DNA of 64,000 bases from an uncultured Verrucomicrobiae bacterium (GCA_963756875.1 CAVWPA010000003.1:1280001-1344000); one strand, 5' to 3'; numbered from the stretch's first letter, positions 44,626-55,364 are shown. Program-made: numbers and translations. Notes: generated by a model from the sequence alone, not told the origin.

Positions 44626-45497
44626 CTAGTAGGAGTAGGTCGGAAATTCGTAGTTATATAAAAGTCGCCACCAGTCGAACGCTTCGGAGATTTTCCCCTT
44701 GGCAGATTCATCACGAGCGTTTTGCGCGCGGGTGTATGCGGTTTCCAGCTTCGAGAGGGCGTCTGTCCGTGCGGCATCACTCTTGCAGGGTGCGATGTAT
44801 CCAGAAACTCCCATGGGATCCTGCAAGCTCGGTAGTTGACCATCCCAAAGTAACTTCAGAACGTTTCTGACATCATACTCATACATGATCGTAGTTTCTC
44901 CAGACGCATACTTCGCTACTCGAATCTCCAAATAGAATGACGAGATCGGAACAGCGCGGAAGTATTTCCAGGCTTTTAGATATCGAATGAGGGGCTTGAC
45001 CCTTTTGGCTAATTTGTCATCGACGGACCGCACGTACGCATTGTGCGCGTCCGGACTCGCTTTCATCCAACCGCCTGAACAGTCTGCGATATCGTAGACC
45101 TTGAAGCCGTTGGTCTCTCCAGTGCAATCTGCCGGCACGATCTCTGTTATTTCCGACTTCCTGGTGCCGAAAGGAACAGCAACCGCTGGACAGTTGACCG
45201 CCACACCAGTGTCGGAAACCGCGTATCCAGCGCGTTGCGAACCTTGACCAATGATGAGGTAGAAACCTGCGTCAGTTGATCGGTAGGAAGAGAGGCCAAG
45301 TAGTCGACATCGCTATATCTCGATATGCTTGTCCAGTTACCAAAAGAGCCGATACGAGCGAACCGCTTCAACCCGAAATTATTCTTGAGGCATGCCTCGA
45401 TTGACGCGCGGTGGCTTTTAGCGGCATCGGACTCGCCCGTTTGGGGTTTCAGCTTCGACAGGAAATCGTCAAAGCCTTCTTCGATAGTTCGCGGCAT
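44626..45497 (-). CDS. CD-NTase / SMODS nucleotidyltransferase (CBASS synthase), one frameshift near 45210
   Basis: GSF...TSI..YSDVD (GS plus DxD), PAV.V.F, EIVPA, W...SP, KPLIRYLKAW, SF.LE, DP and C-terminal W..L...FP. Confidence 0.87.
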
Positions 45498-45499
45498 AT

Positions 45500-46758
45500 C
45501 TATTGCCTCATTGACTTCTGTTCTGTACTCTTCCCGCTCAGCAGCTTCGGCAGCAGCGTGTCGCGCAGGGTGTCAGAGTGCGGGCTTCTCTTCATTGTTC
45601 CGAATCTGAAAACCAACGGCTTGCAAACCGGCCAAACGCGTCGTAATTCGCCGGCGGTACGGGACGACTGACTTGAATCACAGAAGTCGTGCCAATGCCC
45701 TTCGTATTCGGAGAACGACGAACGGCCCATCGGTTGCATAGTAGAGCCCAAAAGGTATCAAGGCCCGAAACCGACGAACGGCAGGACTTCTGACTCGCGG
45801 AAAAAGAATATCGTGATCAGCCGCATGTAGCGGTGTGATTTGCAAAAACCGCGACTAGGCCTTTTGGGTCGCTGATCACGTCCCGGCTCGTTGCTGTGAA
45901 ACGCTCATTATGAAGCCGATCGCCTTGGTCCAGAGACTGATATTTTCGCACCGGGGATAGGTCTCTGTTAGTGCTTTTGCCCGACGAAAGGGCTTGATGA
46001 ACTCCCCAATTTTCATCACTTTCCAGCCTTTCGGAATGTGACCAAGCTCTGAATTTTCGAACTCGTTAGGGAAGAGAGCGGCGGTGGCGGGGTCGAGGCC
46101 GGCGGGTTGGCGGCCGTCGAGTTTGGCGCGGACGGGGTCGAAATCCACGAACCAGCTCTGGAACAGCGCCCGCGCCATCGCCTCCAGCGTCGCGTTCATC
46201 CGCCGGTTCAACTCGATCTTGTCGTCCAGCGCCCCAAGCACCGCCGCGATGGCTTTTTGCTCGGCGAGGGGTGGGACGGGATTGAAACTCGATAGATGTC
46301 GTCGCGACGTAAGTGCTTCCTGACTGTCGCGTACCGCGGCAGTGCCACCAATGAAGGCTGATCGTGCGCAGTGATTCAGAAAAGTAGCAGAAGCGCTGGT
46401 CTGGCTCGCCCCTTGCAGCTAACGGACTGCTTGATTAAGCAAACGCGTTGCCTTCGCAACGCAACACGGTACTGCCGACGTCCGATCAGCCGAGTTAATC
46501 AGCGTTCAGCGAGAACGCCAACAGTCGCGATGAAACAGCATCACCTCTCGTGAGTTGTAGCTTCAGCTACTTCGGCGAACCTTCGTAATCGAAGTCGTCC
46601 ACTCGTCGCGCGCATGCCATCGCCGATACTTGAACGTTCACGCATCAACGAAGGCATCGCGGCTCGGACCGATAGTGATCGCTCTTGAAGAGGCAAACCC
46701 TTTCCATGTGGCGCAACGCCTTCACAGCGAGTTCAACGTCTGTCCATTCACTCGCCAT
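45500..46758 (-). CDS. hsdS: Type I R-M specificity subunit; conserved regions readable, both TRDs garbled
   Basis: ATG at 46758 overlaps the hsdM stop. Central [30 protein letters not shown]...ELG.IPKGW and terminal [12 protein letters not shown] are intact. Confidence 0.8.
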
Positions 46759-48358
46759 AACCCAACCCCCTCAGGTTTGCTTTGATGGCCTGCTCCAGTT
46801 TCGCGGACTCGGCGAACTGGGCGTGCAGTTCGGCGACGAGGCGCGGCATCTTTTCCTCGAAGGGGTCGCCGTCGTCTTCGACTTCCTCGGCGCCGACGTA
46901 GCGGCCAGGCGTCAACACATAGCCATGCGACGCGATTTCGTCAGTCGTGGCTGACTTACAGAAACCGGCGACATCTTGTATGTCGCCGGAGTTCGTTATC
47001 GGTCCTGTGTTACGGTGGTCGCCTCTCCATGCGTGATAGGTGTTCACGATCTTCGCGTGATCGGCTTCGGTGAGTTCGCGGTGGACTCGGTCGATGAGCG
47101 TTCCCATTTTGCGCGCATCGATGAAGAGGGTTTCGCCTTTGCGGTTGCGACGTTTCAAAGCAGACGGCCGGAACTCGCCCCGCCGGTTTTGTTTTTCGCC
47201 AAAAACCAAAGGCAGACGGGAATCTGCGTGCTGTAGAAGAGCTGGCCGGGGAGGGCGACCATGCAGTCGACGAGGTCGGCCTCGATGAGGGCTTGCCTGA
47301 TTGTCCCTTCGCCGGACTGGTTGGAGGACATGCTGCCATTGGCGAGGACGAAGCCGGCCATGCCGTGGGGCGCGAGGTGGTGGATGAAGTGCTGCACCCA
47401 GGCGAAGTTGGCGTTGCCCCGGGGCGGGACGCCATACTGCCAGCGCACGTCGTCGTCTTTGCGGAACCAGTCGGAGTCGTTGAAGGGCGGGTTGGCGAGG
47501 ACGTAGTCGGCGCGGAGGTCGGGATGGAGGTCGCGCCGGAAGGTGTCGGCGTGCTCGGGGCCGAAGTCGGCCTCGATGCCGCGCAGGGCGAGGTTCATGA
47601 CGGCGAGGCGGCGGGTGGTGGGGTTGCTCTCCTGGCCGTAGATGCTGATGTCGCCGAGCTTGCCGCCGTGGGCTTCGACGAATTTCTCCGATTGCACGAA
47701 CATGCCGCCGGAGCCGCAGCAGGGATCGTAGATGCGGCCTTTGTAGGGGGCGAGCATCTCGACGAGGAGGCGGACGACGCTCTGCGGGGTGTAGAACTGG
47801 CCGCCTTTCTTGCCTTCGGCGCTGGCGAATTGGCCGAGGAAGTATTCGTAGACGCGGCCGCAGGACGTCTTTCGAGCGGCGGCCTTGTCGCCCAGGCCGA
47901 TCGTGCCGATGAGGTCGATGAGTTCGCCTAAGCCGATGTTTATCGAGCGCGGGCCGGGCGTATTCTTTCGGGAGGACGCCTTTGAGGCGCGGGTTGTCGC
48001 GCTCGATCGCGACCATCGCGTCATCGACGATCTTGCCGATCTCGGGCTGCTTGGCGCTGTTCTGGAGATAGGTCCAACGCGCGCCAGGCGGAACCCAGAA
48101 GACGTTGACGGCTTTGTATTCGTCCTGGTCTTCGGGATCGGCACCAGCGTAATCGCCTTTGCCTTCTTTCAACTTTGCGTGGTGCTCTTCAAAAGCGTCG
48201 GAGATGTACTTCAGGAAGATGAGGCCGAGGACGACGTGCTTGTATTCGGCCGCGTCCATGTTGCTGCGCAGCTTGTCGGCGGCGAGCCAGAGCTTGGCTT
48301 CGAATCCGATATTGGCGGAATTGTTGTTCGACGAGGCTTTGGATTTCCCGCGCGCCAT
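46748..48358 (-). CDS. hsdM: Type I R-M N6-adenine methyltransferase, frameshifted
   Basis: [35 protein letters not shown] and LTPGRYVG motifs. Confidence 0.93.
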   Translation of the reverse strand: MARGKSKASSNNNSANIGFEAKLWLAADKLRSNMDAAEYKHVVLGLIFLKYISDAFEEHHAKLKEGKGDYAGADPEDQDEYKAVNVFWVPPGARWTYLQNSAKQPEIGKIVDDAMVAIERDNPRLKGVLPKEYARPALDKHRLRRTHRPHRHDRPGRQGRRSKDVLRPRLRILPRPIRQRRRQERRPVLHPAERRPPPRRDARPLQRPHLRSLLRLRRHVRAIGEIRRSPRRQARRHQHLRPGEQPHHPPPRRHEPRPARHRGRLRPRARRHLPARPPSRPPRRLRPRQPALQRLRLVPQRRRRALAVWRPAPGQRQLRLGAALHPPPRAPRHGRLRPRQWQHVLQPVRRRDNQASPHRGRPRRLHGRPPRPALLQHADSRLPLVFGEKQNRRGEFRPSALKRRNRKGETLFIDARKMGTLIDRVHRELTEADHAKIVNTYHAWRGDHRNTGPITNSGDIQDVAGFCKSATTDEIASHGYVLTPGRYVGAEEVEDDGDPFEEKMPRLVAELHAQFAESAKLEQAIKANLRGLGYGE

Positions 48359-48591
48359 TTGAAAGGCGAAACCTAACAGAAGCGTTGTTCTCTGTAGAGC
48401 GGAAAAAGCGTCCGCCAGGCGGACGCGGTTATCGGTTAATCGTTAACGGTTATCGGGGGAAGCAAGAAAGCCAAGGGGCAAGAGGTAAGGGGGAAGAGCG
48501 AAAAGGGCATGGAGCAGGGAGCGCGGAGTGCAGATTTTTCACAGAAGGAAACGAAGGCAGCGAAGGAGGGGGAAACGGCGAAGCGGTAAGG

Positions 48592-48615
48592 GCTCGCCAC
48601 GGCGAGTAAACTGCG
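48592..48615 (+). repeat. Dispersed micro-palindrome CTCGCCACGGCGAG-TAAACTGCG
   Basis: Copies at 54316, 55152 and 61110, an inverted copy at 30097-30116, and the variant CCCGCCGCGGCGGG-TAAACTGCG at 49611. Confidence 0.8.
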
Positions 48616-48920
48616 GGCGAGGAAGGACGACAAGACCGCGGACTACGGGACAACGAGGACGCGGAAAAGCCGAAAACGAAAGAAACGTCGAACCCTCCTT
48701 CGCCATGCTCCGGCGGGCAGGCTGCCCAACGTCCAATGTCGGAAATGCAGAGGATGAGGTCATTTGGGAAGTGGCGAGTGACCCACCGCGGCGGGTTCGT
48801 CTAAGCGAACATGTGGCGAGTGACGAGAAGGAACGAAGGCTGCAATCTTCGAGGACGATCAGCGAGCGAGTTTCAAATTAAGAATTAGAAATTAGGGAGC
48901 AGATGCGTTATTCTTGTGCT

Positions 48921-49124
48921 ATGAGCGCGACGGAAATCATCGAGCAGTTCAAGGCTCTTCCCGCCACTGAGCGGGCCCAAGTGGCCAAGTTCGTTGTGGA
49001 AAACGATGATTCCTGGATTCCGGATTCCTTTAAGCAAGGTATGGCCGATGCCGCTGCCGGTCAGTTTGTGGATATGAAAACCGCGCTCAGCGGAGCAAAA
49101 CCGCCGTCTCGAGCGGCGGAATGA
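48921..49124 (+). CDS. Putative antitoxin
   Basis: Small acidic protein whose stop overlaps the start of a RelE-like gene (ATGA). Confidence 0.7.
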   Translation: MSATEIIEQFKALPATERAQVAKFVVENDDSWIPDSFKQGMADAAAGQFVDMKTALSGAKPPSRAAE

Positions 49125-49390
49125 AATACTTTGCTACCCAGCGATTCTGGGAAAGCTTCTACGCCCTTTCATCAAGCCAGAAGGAGTCTACGCGTCGAGC
49201 TTGGGCAATCTTCAAGGAGAATCCTTTCGATCCACGACTGCGAACTCACAAGATTCACAGGCTTTCGGCCCGGTTCAATCGCACGATTTACGCGGCCGAG
49301 ATTGAAGCTGACTTGCGAGCGGTATTTTACATCGAAGCCGATGTCGTGGTGACGGTGGATATCGGCTCGCACGATATTTATCGCGGGTAA
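49121..49390 (+). CDS. RelE/ParE-superfamily toxin
   Basis: F...F..L, F.ENPFDPRLRTHK, LRAVF and DIGSHDIY motifs. Confidence 0.8.
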   Translation: MKYFATQRFWESFYALSSSQKESTRRAWAIFKENPFDPRLRTHKIHRLSARFNRTIYAAEIEADLRAVFYIEADVVVTVDIGSHDIYRG

Positions 49391-49652
49391 ATAGATCTGG
49401 GGTTGCTTGTTCTTCCCAAAGTGTCGCGGGGTTCGAAGCCGCGCTTCGGGTTAATTGTTATCGGTTCTCGGTTATTGGGGGGAGCAACAAAGCCAAGGGG
49501 CAAGAGGTAAGGGCGAAGGGCGGAGCGCGGCGAAGCAAACGTCGAACGCCGAACTCTCAAAGCAGAAATGGAAAATGGCAACCGGAGCGGTTGCCCTACA
49601 ATTCAGATGTCCCGCCGCGGCGGGTAAACTGCGGGGAAAGGGCGAAGGTCAT

Positions 49653-49966
49653 CCGCCTACGCCAAGGCTTCGGCGTGATTCGTCCCGCTTCGCGGGCGAA
49701 AAAGAGGTGAGGGTTAGCGCAAGGCGCCGTTGAGGAGGGTAAGGGGCTTGGCTCCCCGAGCCAAGTCGCCGGCTTCCCTAGGTCGCGGTTGCGACCTCCC
49801 GCCGTAGAGTTCGCGCCCTGCGAACCGTAGAGGTCGGAGGACGGAATTTGTTCGGAGGGAGAACAAAACAACGAAGGGCGACCGCCTACGCCAAGGCTTC
49901 GGCGTGATTCGTCCCGCTTCGCGGGCGAAAAAGAGGGTGAGGGTCAGCGCAACGCGCCGTTGATGG
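49653..49966. repeat. ~83-bp direct repeat that includes the last codons of the OLD gene
   Basis: 49653-49735 versus 49882-49966. On the minus strand the copies read LNGALR-TAA and INGALR-TGA. Confidence 0.85.
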
Positions 49967-51968
49967 AAGTGATCAATTTTTCCCAGCTGGTGCGTTCGGT
50001 GTCGGACAGGTTGGCGGCGGTGTGGTCTCGGGTCCAGCGCACGAATGCTTTGGCCAGGCGGTATCGGGAAAAATCGCCGATCTGGGTTTTGAAAATATTG
50101 ACCACGGATCTGCCGGGCTCGGCGTTGGAAGCGGCTGCGACGTCCCAGTTCAGCTCGGTCCGGGCGACGTGGACCAGGGTGTCGCGCAGCAGATCTTCAA
50201 CTGCCGGGCGTTCGAGCGGGCCGTCGTAAACATCTTTGGTCCGGAGAACGGATTTGTTGCCGAGCGCTTGCACGAGGCGTTCCTGGTGCGCGGCCTGGTC
50301 GGGAAACATTTCCGAATCCAATAGTGCTGCGACTTTGAGTTTGGATGCGTGCAAAACCGTGGCGTAATAAACCACCTTGCCGGCGCCGCTCGCGGGCAGA
50401 AGCGAGATCTTGTCACTGAGATCGGCAATGCCGGCATCGCGCAACAGTTGGGCGACCGCGTCGAGGTACCAGTAATCGGTCAGGCTCTCAAGAACGAGAT
50501 TGCGCTGCTGCGCGAACAGACTCTGGGCAAGATCGTACCCGAGCGATTCTCGTAACGGCAAAAGCGCAACCGGGTCTTCGGCGGCAATGCCGGTGTGGAC
50601 CTTGGTGCCAACGGTGCGGTCGGTCATTTCCACGACCCGAACCAGATTCAACTCGTCCGGCCCGACCAGAAACGGCGAGTGCGTGGTATACATGGTCTGA
50701 TTAGATTCGGCCAGGCGGGAAATGGTGTTGCGGAATTCGCGTTGCTTGAGCGCGTGCAAACTCAGGCCTGGTTCGTCGAGCAGCAGGATGGCGTTTTTGT
50801 GATTCTTCGCGGCCTCGGCGAAAAAGACGATGAAGAACGAGACCAGCCACTGAAAACCTTCCGAACGCTGGTCGAGCTCGATCTCAACCCCGACGTCATC
50901 CTCGACAATCATTTTGAGATACTGACCATCGCACACGATGCGCAAGCGCTCAGCTTCATCGCGTTTCGAATCGGGCATCCAGGTGGCGCGCAACTCGTCG
51001 GTCAGCCGGACACTGGCGGCGTTCAGTTGGTAGGAGCGACGATCGAGTTGATCGCGATAAGCCTGGAGCGCGGCCGGATCACCCATCGGCGGTTCCTCGC
51101 CCTTGCCGAGATCGGAAAGCTCGCGGGCGCTGAACCCGAGCAATTTCAAAAGACATTTGTTTCCGTAATCGTAGTAATCGTCGTCGATCAGGTTGCGTTC
51201 GATGCGTGTGGCGAGATGATCGAGATGAATCAGCGGACGAACACGGAAGAAATCGCGGAACCGAATGAACAAGGGTAAACGCCGGCCCAGGGTCCAGAGC
51301 ACGTTTGAGCGCTGGTCGTTCGCCTCAATGGTCTTGACCAGGTCGTCGTAGCGTTTTTCTTCGACTTCGTTTTTTTCTTCGACGTGCGGGAAGGCCTTTT
51401 CGATTGCCGCCTTCAAAATCCGCGCGGGCTCGCCAGCGAGCTCGTAATCGTCTTTCCAATCGTGGGCCAGGGCAACGATCGGGGTGCTGGGAGGATCGGC
51501 CGGCGACATGTCCGGTGCCGGCGCCGGCACATGGCTGTCGATGTGCGCGCAAAAACGGGCCAGATCCTTTTTGATGTCGCCGAATTTCTTTGCCGGTGGC
51601 GCGCCGAGAAAATCGTGCCAGAACGAATTATCCAGTTTCCGACCGAACACGTAATCGTATTGGCGATATTCAGCCGGAATTGTCTCCTTGTCCTCGTCGG
51701 TCAGGCCGAAGTGCGCTTCGACCACTGTGACCTGGCTGGGCAGGATTTTTCCAGAATTGATATCGTCGTATTCCGAGCGCGGATAATCGCGCAGCGGATC
51801 GAAGGCGCGAATGCCAACCGGAGGATTGATTCGCTGGATCGCTTCCAGGAGAGCGGTCTTCCCGGCCTCGTTAGGCCCGATCAAAATAGTTTTGCCTTTC
51901 TCGAGATCGAACCATCCGCTGTCGCGAATGGAACGATATTTTGTGACCCGAACCCTTTTTAGAAGCAT
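49944..51968 (-). CDS. OLD-family ABC ATPase with C-terminal TOPRIM-like domain
   Basis: YRSIRD, Walker A GPNEAGKT, signature RSEG, Walker B LLLDEP, TTHSP and TOPRIM-like LVLESLTD...LLDSE; ATG at 51968. Confidence 0.85.
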   Translation of the reverse strand: MLLKRVRVTKYRSIRDSGWFDLEKGKTILIGPNEAGKTALLEAIQRINPPVGIRAFDPLRDYPRSEYDDINSGKILPSQVTVVEAHFGLTDEDKETIPAEYRQYDYVFGRKLDNSFWHDFLGAPPAKKFGDIKKDLARFCAHIDSHVPAPAPDMSPADPPSTPIVALAHDWKDDYELAGEPARILKAAIEKAFPHVEEKNEVEEKRYDDLVKTIEANDQRSNVLWTLGRRLPLFIRFRDFFRVRPLIHLDHLATRIERNLIDDDYYDYGNKCLLKLLGFSARELSDLGKGEEPPMGDPAALQAYRDQLDRRSYQLNAASVRLTDELRATWMPDSKRDEAERLRIVCDGQYLKMIVEDDVGVEIELDQRSEGFQWLVSFFIVFFAEAAKNHKNAILLLDEPGLSLHALKQREFRNTISRLAESNQTMYTTHSPFLVGPDELNLVRVVEMTDRTVGTKVHTGIAAEDPVALLPLRESLGYDLAQSLFAQQRNLVLESLTDYWYLDAVAQLLRDAGIADLSDKISLLPASGAGKVVYYATVLHASKLKVAALLDSEMFPDQAAHQERLVQALGNKSVLRTKDVYDGPLERPAVEDLLRDTLVHVARTELNWDVAAASNAEPGRSVVNIFKTQIGDFSRYRLAKAFVRWTRDHTAANLSDTERTSWEKLITSINGALR

Positions 51969-52304
51969 CCTGAACCGAGAATATGTTTTTGTCGGTTTAA
52001 AGGAAAGATTTCTTTGGGCCTGTGAATAAGTCTGATGTGAATAGTTTGTGAATAACAAACTGAGGACGGAGGTCGACGAGCCGTCCGTTAGCAAAGGGGG
52101 AAGAGGTAAGGGGTAAGGGGGAAGAGCTTTGCGCGGCATGATTCGGACGAACCGGTCTTTGAGGTCACAAATTGTGACCAGTTCCGGATGCGGGAGATTT
52201 AGCGCCATAGGCGCCGGTAAGCGCGAAGAGGCAAGGGCGAAGCGTCCGCATGGCGGAGGCGGAATTGCTTGCTAAAGTACGCGGTTTAAAGGTACAACCA
52301 TCCC

Positions 52305-52451
52305 ATGGGGCTAATCATTCTTATCATTGTGATTTTGTTGTTGATCGGAGCTTTCCCGACAGGCGGTTATGGATTCGGCTACCGGTCGCACGGCTTGATC
52401 GCAACCATTCTCATTATCGTTCTGATTTTGTGGCTGCTCGGGCGGTTGTGA
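52305..52451 (+). CDS. DUF3309-like small membrane protein (48 aa)
   Basis: Read by hand: MGLIILIIVILLLIGAFPTGGYGFGYRSHGLIATILIIVLILWLLGRL*. Confidence 0.82.
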   Translation: MGLIILIIVILLLIGAFPTGGYGFGYRSHGLIATILIIVLILWLLGRL

Positions 52452-52599
52452 CGAAACAGGAAATGTTTCGGGTTAATCGCCACGGCCATGCCGTCCGTTG
52501 GCGGATCGGTTAATTGTTATCCGTTCTCAGTTGTTGGGGGGAGCGAAACGGCGAAGTGGCGATACGGCGAAGCGGTAAGAGGTAAGGGCGAAGGGCGCG

Positions 52600-52645
52600 G
52601 CAAACGCCTCTCCGAGCCGTATGGCTCTACGAGCAGGAGGCGAAC
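52600..52645 (+). repeat. 46-bp dispersed repeat
   Basis: GCAAACGCCTCTCCGAGCCGTATGGCTCTACGAGCAGGAGGCGAAC, identical at 60988-61033. Confidence 0.85.
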
Positions 52646-53070
52646 GCTCAACGCCCAACGTCCAACGCTTAACTCAGAAGGCAGAGGCTAGACATCAGAG
52701 GTCGGATTTTCACAAAAGGAAACGAAGGGAACGAAGCGGGGAGAAAAGGACGACAGGACGACTGGGGAAAGCGAAGCGGTAAGAGCGAAGGGGTAAGGGG
52801 GAAAGGCGTGGGCGGGAGCAGGGAGCAGGGAGCGTGGAATTTCGATTGGCGATTTTCGATCTGGCGAGCGGAAATAATCAGAGATGTTTCCCAGCCTTCG
52901 CATAACCATTCCTACGAGGTATAGGCTGATAGATTTTAAGTATTACGGGTTAAGTTTCAGAGTGGGTGATTGTCCGGGGTTGAATTCCTTTCCGCTCACG
53001 CGGCTTAGCGAAAATTAAAGGAAGCGGCTGAATAGATCGCGAAAGCCCAACGACTAACACATTAAATAAT

Positions 53071-54147
53071 ATGAAAAAGTTTACCAGTTTACTAATAGGG
53101 TGCGCGCTGGCTCTGGCTGGAGCCGCGTTGGCTCAAGGGCCTACTGAGCAGCAGTCACCAACACAGCAACAGGCTCAGGCCCCGGAAAAAACCCACAAGG
53201 GCAAAGCAAACCGCGGTGAGAACGCAAATCGCGGTAAGAAGGCGGCAAACCCAGAAGCAACGGGCATGACGAAGCAGCGCGGGGCGAAGAAGAACGAGCG
53301 GGCTGGATCGAAGATGCAGAAAACCGAGGCGAACACACCAAACCCGGAGGCTACCGCCGCGATGAAGCAGCACGGAATGAAGCACGAACGGGCTGGGTCA
53401 AAGGGGCTGAAAACCGAGGCGACGCCAAAATCTGAAACCTCGGCTAATAAGACGGGCACGAATGTTTCCGGTCAGGCGGGCTCCAGTGCGGCTCCCGAGG
53501 GCAAAAAAGGGAAAAACGCGCGTGGTGGTGCAAACGCAGAGACATCGCCAAGTGCGACTTCGGGAACATCAGTTGCGGCTACCGGCCAGGAAAAGGGGAA
53601 GCGTAAAGGGGCCGGCGCGGCGAAGAAGCTTGAACCGAAGAAAGTCCAGCAAATCAAATCGCAGCACGCGAACTTCAAAGCGCAACCAAGGCCTGAGAAG
53701 GTTCCGGCGGTCACGTTCAGCGCGAGCTATCGGATTCAAGGAAGCGATCACTGGCAGGGTCCGAAATACGAAGTGTTTCGCTCGTATCATCCGGAACGGC
53801 ACGATCGCGGTTGGTATCATTCGCGTTACCATCGCGTGGAGTTGATCGGTGGCGGTTACTACTACTTTAACAACGGCTACTGGTTTCCGGCATGGGGTTA
53901 CAGTCCTTCAGCCGAGTATTACGCCTACGATGGACCGATCTATGTGGGTCACCGCGCTCTGCCGCCGGACCGCGTGATCGCGGACGTGCAAGCCGAGCTG
54001 CAGGAGATGGGCTATTACACGGGCGAGGTGGATGGATTGCTCGGGCCATTGACCCGGGAAGCGCTCACCGCCTACCAGGCCGATCAGGGGCTGGACACGA
54101 CGGCAGCGATCGACGAGCCGACGCTCGATGCCCTCGGGATGGGATAA
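53071..54147 (+). CDS. Secreted protein with Lys-rich disordered region and C-terminal peptidoglycan-binding domain
   Basis: Signal peptide; VQAELQEMGYYTGEVDGLLGPLTREAL.AYQ...GL...TL.AL. Confidence 0.88.
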   Translation: MKKFTSLLIGCALALAGAALAQGPTEQQSPTQQQAQAPEKTHKGKANRGENANRGKKAANPEATGMTKQRGAKKNERAGSKMQKTEANTPNPEATAAMKQHGMKHERAGSKGLKTEATPKSETSANKTGTNVSGQAGSSAAPEGKKGKNARGGANAETSPSATSGTSVAATGQEKGKRKGAGAAKKLEPKKVQQIKSQHANFKAQPRPEKVPAVTFSASYRIQGSDHWQGPKYEVFRSYHPERHDRGWYHSRYHRVELIGGGYYYFNNGYWFPAWGYSPSAEYYAYDGPIYVGHRALPPDRVIADVQAELQEMGYYTGEVDGLLGPLTREALTAYQADQGLDTTAAIDEPTLDALGMG

Positions 54148-54204
54148 GGGACGCGACGCTGCTGGTTAATCGTTAATCGTTAGCGGTTAACGGGAAGCAG
54201 TTAA

Positions 54205-54243
54205 CGAAAAGCCGCCGATGGAATTTCCTCGGCGGCTTTTTCG
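54205..54243. terminator. Rho-independent terminator (probably bidirectional)
   Basis: AAAAGCCGCCGA-loop-TCGGCGGCTTTTT downstream of 53071..54147. Confidence 0.8.
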
Positions 54244-54304
54244 TTTTGGAGGACAACGGTTCGCAGGCGCGAACTTTACGGCGGGAGGCGGTGAGCCAAG
54301 GGCC

Positions 54305-55280
54305 AAGGGGTAAGGGCTCGCCACGGCGAGTAAACTGCGAGCGAAGAGGTAAGAGCACGGAGCTAGGAGCACGGAGGCGGAAAACGCCGAACCCCGAATG
54401 GTTTCGGGGCCGTCCTGCGGCAGGCGCCGAACGCCGAAGACCAGAAGTCAGAAGTCGGAGGTGCTCAACGTATCGAGCATCCAGCATCGAGCATCCAGCA
54501 TCCAGCATCCCGTCGGAGAGGCAGTAGACAGTTGGCAGTTTAGGCTTTTAATGGGAGAGCCTCGGTTCTAGCTTGCCGCCCTATGTTTACACGAATCTTT
54601 CTCGGTCTTCTTTTAATCACATTGGCTTTTTCCTCCGCGCCGGCGGTTCGGGCAGCGGGCTCCGAGCCGAGCGAGGCGTCGGTCAAGCAGTTGATCGGTA
54701 TCATGCAACTGCACAAATCGCTCGATTCGTTGGTGGCGCAGATGAATAAGATCATGGAGACCGCGGCAGAGCAGGCCAGCCAGGGTCAGCCGCTTTCGAC
54801 TGTTGCGAAGGCGAGCCTGGATAGATGCCGCACCGACGTGCATACGTTAATAAGACACGATGTTTCCTGGGAGAAAATGGAGCCGGTTTACATCAAGATC
54901 TATCAAAACACGTTCAACCAGAGTGAAGTCGACGCCATGATCGCCTTTTACAAGACTCCCGTGGGCCAAAATGTCGTCACCAAGCTGCCAGTCGCCATGC
55001 AGAACGCGCAGAACGAAACGATGCAAACGATGCGTCCGATGATGGAGCGGATTAAGCAGATGCAACAGGAAGTGGCGGCGGCAGCGCAGGGTTCGCACTA
55101 AGGCGCAGGGGCGGAGAGCAAAGGGCCAAGGGCAAGGGCTAAGGGGTAAGGGCTCGCCACGGCGAGTAAACTGCGAGCGAAGAGGTAAGAGCACGGAGCT
55201 AGGAGCACGGAGGCGGAAAACGCCGAACGCCGAAGACCAGAAGTCAGAAGTCGGAGGCGCTCAACGTATCGAGCATCCAG
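54305..55280 (+). repeat. ~140-bp direct repeats flanking the DUF2059 gene
   Basis: 54305-54484 versus 55141-55280, near-identical apart from 40 extra bases in the left copy; partial third copy at ~58412-58465. Confidence 0.88.
54583..55101 (+). CDS. DUF2059-domain secreted protein
   Basis: Signal peptide; IYQ.TF...EV.AMIAFYKTPVGQ....KLP. Confidence 0.85.
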   Translation: MFTRIFLGLLLITLAFSSAPAVRAAGSEPSEASVKQLIGIMQLHKSLDSLVAQMNKIMETAAEQASQGQPLSTVAKASLDRCRTDVHTLIRHDVSWEKMEPVYIKIYQNTFNQSEVDAMIAFYKTPVGQNVVTKLPVAMQNAQNETMQTMRPMMERIKQMQQEVAAAAQGSH

Positions 55281-55364
55281 TATCCAGTATCCAGTGTCGG
55301 CCACAGACTGACTCTCAACTAAAGGAGGCTTGCCGTCCGTTCTCTCAGCTATCAACTTCTCCCA

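Noticed and set aside
49424..49445. tRNA T-arm-like GCGGGGTTCGAAGCCGC as a possible att site
   Set aside because: No cloverleaf, acceptor stem or CCA; imperfect stem.
49848..49865. TGTTC...GAACA as a LexA box
   Set aside because: The spacer is 7 nt, not 4, and it lies within repeat mosaic downstream of genes.
54173..54527. ORFs translated from intergenic repeat mosaics (also 48385-48881, 55098-55355)
   Set aside because: The peptides are direct translations of heptamer and palindrome repeats.
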